The translations under genes were made by a program, and so were the position numbers. This document shows, piece by piece, positions 56,225 through 64,000 of a stretch of DNA of 64,000 nt. The DNA is taken from assembly GCF_001194135.2 (NCBI RefSeq), contig NC_068995.1, positions 10,559,749 through 10,623,748 on the forward strand, read 5' to 3'. The notes below the pieces were generated by a model. That model saw only the letters and a program-made list of their open reading frames with translations, ran no database searches and was not told the DNA's origin. Each line of letters opens with the position of its first letter. The first letter of the stretch is position 1. This DNA comes from Octopus bimaculoides. Its lineage: Eukaryota.

Positions 56225-57085
56225 CAGGGTGCGGTGAATATATTGTCTAAATTACGCAAAGATGAAAATAACAGTGACGTCTCATTTTAACAGATATATT
56301 TACCAAAATTACATAAAAATATCTTGAAATACTAAAGAGTAAATTCATTCAATAAAACAGCCATTGGCTTCAACCACAGCCACCAAACAACTTCGGAATC
56401 TCCTGCAACTCTTCTGGAAGGTCTCCTTGTTTAGGTTGGTGAATGCTGCCATAATCTTTGTCTTCAGTTAATCTTTGCTGTTGTTACAAGGAGCTTTGGC
56501 TCGACCAATTGCGCCCCACACATAATAATTAAGGGGGTTGCAGTCTGGGGAGTTAGGTGGCCAGATGTTAAGGGTGATGTGGTTACAGAAATTGTATAAC
56601 AGCCATGACTGGGTTCTCCTGCTTGTGTGGCTTGGTGCAGATTCCTGTTGCCAGACATAGGGTCTTCCAGCAGCCACCCTCTTGACCCAGGGCAGCACCA
56701 CCTCCTCCAAGCACTTGATGTAAGCCTCCATGCTGGGAAGATGGAGGCATAACGTTGCCATCACTAGTGATTATTCCAAACTATGATGTTGACAGGATGT
56801 TTGATTTTTATCACTCTCAGTACATGTTTTGGGGACATGGCAAACCAACGGTTGTTCTGTGTTCACCATCTGTTCGTATTGGCGCTTCTGGCGCGAATGC
56901 CAAACAGTACAGCATATCGTTTCCAAATTTCTTGTAGAGTGAATTGCCTCATGATGCTGTTTTTCTCACAGACGGTGCCCAATTGACCCTACTATACTGT
57001 GTAGTCGACAAAATGAAAAACAAACAATGCACGTGCACGCGAAATTAAAAACATAAAATGATGATAATTTACCTATCAAACCCTG
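56225..57085 (-). mobile_element. Tc1/mariner maT (DD37D)-like fossil
   Basis: TA|CAGGGT...ACCCTG|TA ends; YVWQQESAPSHTS...WPPNSPDCNPLNYYVWG. Subfamily is an inference. Confidence 0.75.
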
Positions 57086-57213
57086 TATATGTATAAATTG
57101 AAAATCAGAGAAAACTGTGAAATTGGTTAAGTCTTTAAAAATTTGAAAAAGGAAATCTAAATGAATCCCAGTGCATTTCCAACTTCTTTTTTCTATATTT
57201 CTACTCATGCAGA

Positions 57214-57790
57214 GTGGAGGTGCAATGGCCCAGTGGTTAGGGCAACAGACTCGCGGTTTCAGTTCCCAGACCAGGCGTTGTGAGTGTTTATTGAGTAAAA
57301 ACACCTAAAGCTCCACGAGGCTCTGGCAGGGGATGGTGGCGAACCCTGCTGTACTCTTCCACCACAACTTTCTCTCACTCTTACTTCCTGTTTCTGTTGT
57401 ACCTGTAATTCAANNNNNNNNNNTGGAGGTGCAATGGCCCAGTGGTTAGGGCAACAGACTCGCGGTTTCAGTTCCCAGACCAGGCGTTGTGAGTGTTTAT
57501 TGAGTAAAAACACCTAAAGCTCCACGAGGCTCTGGCAGGGGATGGTGGCGAACCCTGCTGTACTCTTCCACCACAACTTTCTCTCACTCTTACTTCCTGT
57601 TTCTGTTGTACCTGTAATTCAAAGGGTCAGCCTTGTCACACTGTGTCACGCTGAATATCCCCGAGAACTACGTTAAGGGTACACGTGTCTGTGGAGTGCT
57701 CAGCCACTTGCACGTTAATTTCACGAGCAGGCTGTTCCGTTGATCGGATCAACTGGAACCCTCGACGTCGTAAGCGACGGAGTCCCAACA
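57214..57790 (+). mobile_element. SINE family A (5' 200 bp duplicated across a 10-N gap)
   Basis: One TSD pair, actcatgcaga, encloses both partial copies. Confidence 0.85.
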
Positions 57791-58608
57791 ACTCATGCAG
57801 AATAAAATAACATTGTTTTCAATATATGCCTCTTTGTTACCAGTATCAGCGCTGCAGACCGTACCTCTGTCTTTCATAATGGTATGTTTTTCATCAATGA
57901 ATCTTGTTTCACACTGATATACATCTTTCCTTGTTTATCACGTGAGTTTGGTTCCAAATCATGTTAAATAGATCAGTGATAAATGAATAATAGATCGTAT
58001 GGGAAAAACAGATTTCATTCCAAGACCCCCAAATTTTTCTGAACATTGTTGATGGTCGCTGCATTGTGATTTTATGGTTTAAATAATGAGTATATGCAGA
58101 TATACATATATATAAAACTCCGTTGGTTACGGCAACAAGGCTTCCTGCTGTTCCAATCAACAGAACAGTATGCTCATGAAATTAATGTGCAAGAGGCTGA
58201 GCATTCCACAAATACGTGTACCATTAATGTAACTCTCAGGGAGATCCAGTGTGATAGAGAATGGGAGCAGGTTGGCCCTTTGAAATACAGGTAAAAGTAA
58301 TTTTTGTCGGCTGAGGGGACTGGAGGAATGTAGAAATAAAGTGCGTCACACAAGGACACAACGCACAGCCAGGAATTGAACTCATGACTCATGGGGCAAA
58401 TACTGTAATGACTAAGCCACAAGCCTGCACACTATATACACACACACACACAGGAATGGCTGTGTGGTAAGTAACTTGATTACCAACCACATGGTTCCGG
58501 GTTCAGTCCCACTGCATGGCACCTTTGGCATGTGTCTTCTACTATAGCCTCAGGCCGACCAAAGCCTTGTGAGCGGATTTGGTAGATGGAAACTGAAAGC
58601 AGCCTATC

Positions 58609-58640
<32 letters not shown>

Positions 58641-58913
58641 GTGTGTGCATATGTTTGTGTGTCTGTGTCTGTTCCCCCAACATCGCTTGACAACCAATGC
58701 TGGTGTGTTTACGTCCCCGTAACTTAGCGGTTCAGCAAAAGACACAGATAGAATGAGTACTAGGCTTAAAAAGAGTGAGTCCTGGGGTCAAATTGTTCGA
58801 CTAAAGGTGGTGCTCCAGCATGGCTGCAGTCAAATGACCGAAGCAAATAAAATAAAAGAAAATATTGCACCAGCATGACCGCAGCCACTTGGCTGAAACA
58901 AATAAATAAATAA

Positions 58914-58959
<46 letters not shown>

Positions 58960-61173
58960 GCACGCACATGTACATACATACACACATATATAGAATAAAA
59001 AATATAACATAAATCAAGTAAAAAATAAAAGCACAACACTTGGCAGTGAGAGGATTGTAGAAGAAGAATATAAAAACAACAGTAGTCGTAGAATTGCAAT
59101 GAAATTTTAAAGAGGAATTCTTTGAAATATTTTGTTTTTTTACAATTTTGGTTTACAAAGTTTTTTGTCTGTTTTTCTTGTTTTTTTTTTCTTTCTTTTC
59201 TTCTCAAAGCAAAACAATGCAAATTTTTTCATAAAAAAAAATGAAAGATGTATTAATAAAAAAAATGACACTGATTTCTAAGACAGGCACAAAACAATTT
59301 GGCCACAAATTCTTGGAGGTAAAGTACAAATCAATTAAATTGACTTCTTGTACTTCATTTTACTGAATTTTTTGGAAGAATGATGAAATGCTAAATTGAC
59401 CCCAGGAGGGTAGGATTTCAATTGAGAACATGAATAAAACAATGTAATTGAATTCTACAATGCATTTTTAGTTACTGCCTTACTGATCCTGCTTACCACA
59501 ACAACAACAATAATAATAATAATCCTTTCTACTAAAGGCACAGGGCCTGAAATTTTGGGGGCTGGGACTAGTCGTTTTACATTGACCCCCCCAGTAGGAT
59601 TTGAACTCAGAATGTACACAACTGGAACAAATACCACATAATTTTTTTATAATGCTCTACTGGTTCTGCCAGTTCACACTAATAATACTGATGGTTGCTA
59701 AGATAGATTCAAGGCCAGAAATTGAGCCGAGGTGAAGGTCAGCTGGTTAAACCAACCCCAGATCTTGACTAGTGTTTATTTTATAATAGCCCATCCACAT
59801 TTAGAATGAAAAGCAAAGATGTCCTTGGCAAGAATTGAACTTGGAACATAATTGGACAGTTCAATGGCAGAATGTATTTATTGCATCACTTCCCATTCTA
59901 GACAGTATAGAAAGAATTTTCTAACATAGGCACAAGGCTTGAAATTTGGGAAAGAAGATTAGTTGACAGTATACCAAACCCCTCCATGTGTGAGAGGTAC
60001 ATTATTTTATCATAAAATAAAATGAAATTTTATTCATAAACACCAGTATATGTGACTAGTATTATAAACAAAGTACAGTTACATACACCAGTAGGTGACT
60101 GGTACTTTATTTCACTTCGAAAGGGTGAAAGGTAAAATTGGCCTTGGCAAGATTTGATCTCAGATCATAAAGGGCCAAAGAATTATGTCAGACACTCTCT
60201 AACGATTTTGCCAATCTATTGCCCTTGTAGCAATAATAATTATTTCTAAATTAGGTACAAAGCCTGAAATTTGAGTTAGGGTAAGGGTTAGTCAATGAAG
60301 TCAGCTAGTACTTGCTAGTATTTGCCTGTTACTTTATAGACACCAAAATGGGCCTGGTTCTCTGTCAGTTACGATGAGTGAGTGTCCTAGTTGGTCTGAT
60401 CAACAGAGCAGCCAGCTCATGAAATTAACATACAAGTGGCTGAGCACTCCACAAACACGTGTACCCTTAATTTAGTTCTCAGGGAGATTCAGCGTGACAC
60501 AGGATGTGGCTAAGCAGACCCTTTGAATTTACAGGTACAACCCCACTTTTGCCAGCTGAATGGACTGGAGCAACGTGAAATAAATTATCTTGCTCAAGGA
60601 TGCAATGTGCTGCAGGGAATCGAACTCACAATCATACAGTTGTGAGCCAAATACCATAACCACTTGGCTACACACCTTCATGGCCCCAAAATGATAAAAG
60701 ACGAAGTTGACCTCAGCAAGATTTGAACCCTGGACATAGAGAACCAGAGCAAATACTGCAACAAATACTATTCTGATCTGAACAATTTTCCCAATTCACT
60801 GAAAATGATAACAACTACAGGGACCCATGAACATCCCGCATTTTATAAAAAAATTCCTATTTCTGTTTTGATGCATAAATAGATCTTCATAACATCATTT
60901 CATTAAGCTAAAGATTTCGAATATATCTTGGATTTCATTCCATAGTTAAGATTGTTTAAAGCATAACACCTGAACATATATGACCAGCAGAATATCATAG
61001 AGGGACTGGGTTTATTTTATTTTTTTGTTTTATTTTTTAAATGTGACTAGGAACAAAATCAGCTTGTGTTAATGACAATAATCATCATCATCATCATCAT
61101 TGACATCATTAAACATCCGCTTTCCATGACTGGAACTGGTAAACCGGAAAGCTGCACCAGGTTCCAGTCTGCC

Positions 61174-61206
<33 letters not shown>

Positions 61207-61880
61207 CCTTTCTACTATAGCACAAGGCTCAAAATTTTGGAGAGAAGGGACTAGTTGATTACATGAGCCCCAGTGCTTGACTAGTTCTTATTTTATCAAC
61301 CCTGAAAGGAGGAAAAGCAAACTGACCTCAGCAGAATTTGAACTCAGACTGTAAACACAAACAAAATGCCACTAAGCATTTTCTGCAATGTGCTAATAGT
61401 TCTGCCCAACACCTTTGTAATAATAATAATGCCTTCTATTGTAGGAACAAGGCTTAGAATTTGGTGGGAGAGGACTAGCTGATTACATCAACCCCAGCGC
61501 TTGACTGACACTTATTTTAACGACCCCACCCCCACAAAAGGGTGACTAGCAAAGTTGACCATGGTAATAATGCTCCTACTAATAATGGTGGGCATTTTTT
61601 TTCCTAAGCAGATATGAAGCCAGATAATTTTTATACAGCAAGTCTTATATATGCCAAGTAAAATAAAACCCCAGTATATTACTGGTTGAACTACTTTATC
61701 AATACTTCTCTCTCATTCTCTCTGTCTAGAAATCTCTACTATGTGGACCCTTCCTTCGCTTGATATAAATACTACAACAACGAAATATCTTTCATATCAC
61801 ATTTTATCATCTTGAAGACAGAAAAAAATAAAAAGTAAAAGAAGGAAGGATGCATTGAATTATGTAGCTCTAGGTAGACT

Positions 61881-62252
61881 GGTTGGCACTCTGTCGGTTA
61901 TGACGACGAGGGTTCCAGTTGATCCGATCAATGGAACAGCCTGCTCGTGAAATTAACGTACAAGTGGCTGAGCACTCCACAGACACGTGTACCCTTAACG
62001 TAGTTCTCGGGGATATTCAGCGTGACAAGGCTGACCCTTCGAAATACAGGTACAACAGAAATAGGAAGAAAGAGTGAGAGAAAGTTGTGGTGAAAGAGTA
62101 CAGCAGGGTTCGCCACCATCCCCTGCCGGAGCCTCGTGGAGCTTTAGGTGTTTTTACTCAATAAACACTCACAACGCCCGGTCTGGGAATTGAAACCACG
62201 ATCCTACGACCGCGAATCCGCTGCCCTAATCACTGGGCCATTGTGCCTCCAC
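61881..62252 (-). mobile_element. SINE family A, full length
   Basis: TSD ctctaggtagact. Confidence 0.9.
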
Positions 62253-62863
62253 TCTAGGTAGACTATGCTTGAAATATAAGAGAGGATGGTCACAGTTTAA
62301 ATGCCTTTGATTATAAGAATAACTGATGAGAGTTGATATGAGAGATGTTATATGGTTCATTAACCAGCTACAAGCAGCAATCAAACCTTCCTGAAATCAC
62401 ACCCTGCCGTCTTACAAAAAGAAGGACATTGAACATAGTAGTACTAGAAATACAAAAAGATGGGATACTCTTAGCTGGGAAACCTATGATTATAGGTGCG
62501 TTAAATCAGGGTTGATCAGGAGCTTGAAAATGTTCTTTTTTTCTCTGACAGTGAAATAAAAAGCCAACTAGACCTTGGAAGGATTTGAACTCAGAAATGG
62601 GAAAACATTTTGTCCAGCACTCTACTATGTCTGCCACACGTCTCTTTACTTACAGCAATTATGAAAATAATTCTTTCTACTATAAGTAAAATTTTGTGGA
62701 GAGAGGCTAGTCGATTACATCAACCCCAGGGAAATTTGAACTCAGGATGTGAAGCCAGAAAAAATGTGCTAAGCATTTTTGTCTGACGAACTAATGAATC
62801 TGTCAGCTCACTGCTTTAACAACAATTATAATAAAAGTATGAGAAATGATTACGATAACAGGA

Positions 62864-62900
<37 letters not shown>

Positions 62901-63306
62901 CAAGGATTTCTAAGACAGGATCAAAACCAAAAATGTGGTGGGAACTGAGATGTAGTGGAGTTAATCCACTCTAATACTTGACTGGTAATCTACTTTATTG
63001 AATCCAAAAGAATGAAAGGAAAAATTAAGTTTGGCAGGATCTGAATACAGGATGTTAAGAGCTGGAAAAATAATAATAATAATAATAAAAATAATAATAA
63101 TCCTTTCTACTATAGGCACAAGGCCTGAAATTTTGTGGGAGGGGACTAGTCGATTACATCAACCCCAGTGTTTCATTGGTATTTAATTTAATTTATTGAC
63201 CCCGAAAGTATGAAAGGCAAAGTTGACTCCAGCAGAATTTGAACTCGGAAAATAAAGATAGGCATTTTGTCTGGCATGCTAACAATTCAGCCAGCTTGCT
63301 GCCTTA

Positions 63307-63337
<31 letters not shown>

Positions 63338-64000
63338 TAGCAACAATAATAATTCTCTCTATTATAGATACAAGTCCTGTTTGGAGAGGGTTAGGGTTAG
63401 AGGAGAGGGGGTAAGTCGATTACATCAACCCCAGTGATCAACTGATACTTATTTTATTAACCTCCAAAAGGATGAAAGGCAAAGTCGACCCTGGCGAAAT
63501 TTGAACGGAAAGATGGACAAAATGCCACTAAGCATTTGCCTGACTCTTCTAGCTCACTATCATAATAATAATAATTATTATTATTATTTCTTTATTGCCC
63601 ACAGGGGGTTAAACGGAGAGGGGACAAACAAGGACAGACAAGGGGATTAAGTCGATTACATCGACCCCCCAGTGATTAACTGGTACTTATTTAATCGATC
63701 CCGAAAGGATGAAAGACAAAATTGACAATAATAATGCAATAATACAATAATAATGTTGTATGAATGAAATGATGTGGTATGACTATAAAAAAAAAGAAAA
63801 TTTATACACAGCTGCTACATCAACAGACTTTCCCAAGAGCATAAAATGTTGGCATATTCTACAAAAGTAGCAATATTAAGGTCTGTAAAGGTTGGTAATG
63901 GCTAAAAAGCAGTTTTTAGAAAAAAAACAGAAAACCATCCCAATATTTATAAGTGTGTCTCCTGAGATGCACAACACTGTTTCTAATGCAAAAAAAAAAA

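Noticed and set aside
57214-57625. Apparent 200-bp tandem duplication (similar case at 32840-32920)
   Set aside because: Identical copies flank a 10-N gap inside one TSD pair; most likely an unmerged contig overlap.

Overview
Animal genomic DNA from a draft assembly with 11 N-gaps. It is AT-rich and dense in microsatellites and SINEs; the repeat families suggest Octopus (inference, no search run). About 51 kb is the 5' part of one intron-rich minus-strand gene, the ZZEF1 ortholog. I traced 41 GT-AG exons by hand from the ATG at 51553 to 190 (~3,980 coding nt, ~1,330 codons). They encode an N-myristoylation motif, an EF-hand, an APC10/DOC domain and the first CUB-like domain. Phases are consistent except at two exons that fall in gaps, and exon 1 needs the weaker of two tandem donors. 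The ZZ fingers should lie beyond the left edge. The ortholog call rests on human ZZEF1 recalled from memory. Introns and the upstream 12 kb hold four SINE-like families, TTAA-flanked MITEs, mariner, maT and hATm fossils, and an RTE LINE fragment. I found no new autonomous biological system. Best leads: a possible frame-switch/poison-exon circuit at the 5' end, inverted SINEs around exon 38, a 54-bp intronic hairpin, a telomere-repeat MITE and a CpG-retaining promoter zone. Repeat coordinates are approximate unless termini are quoted.
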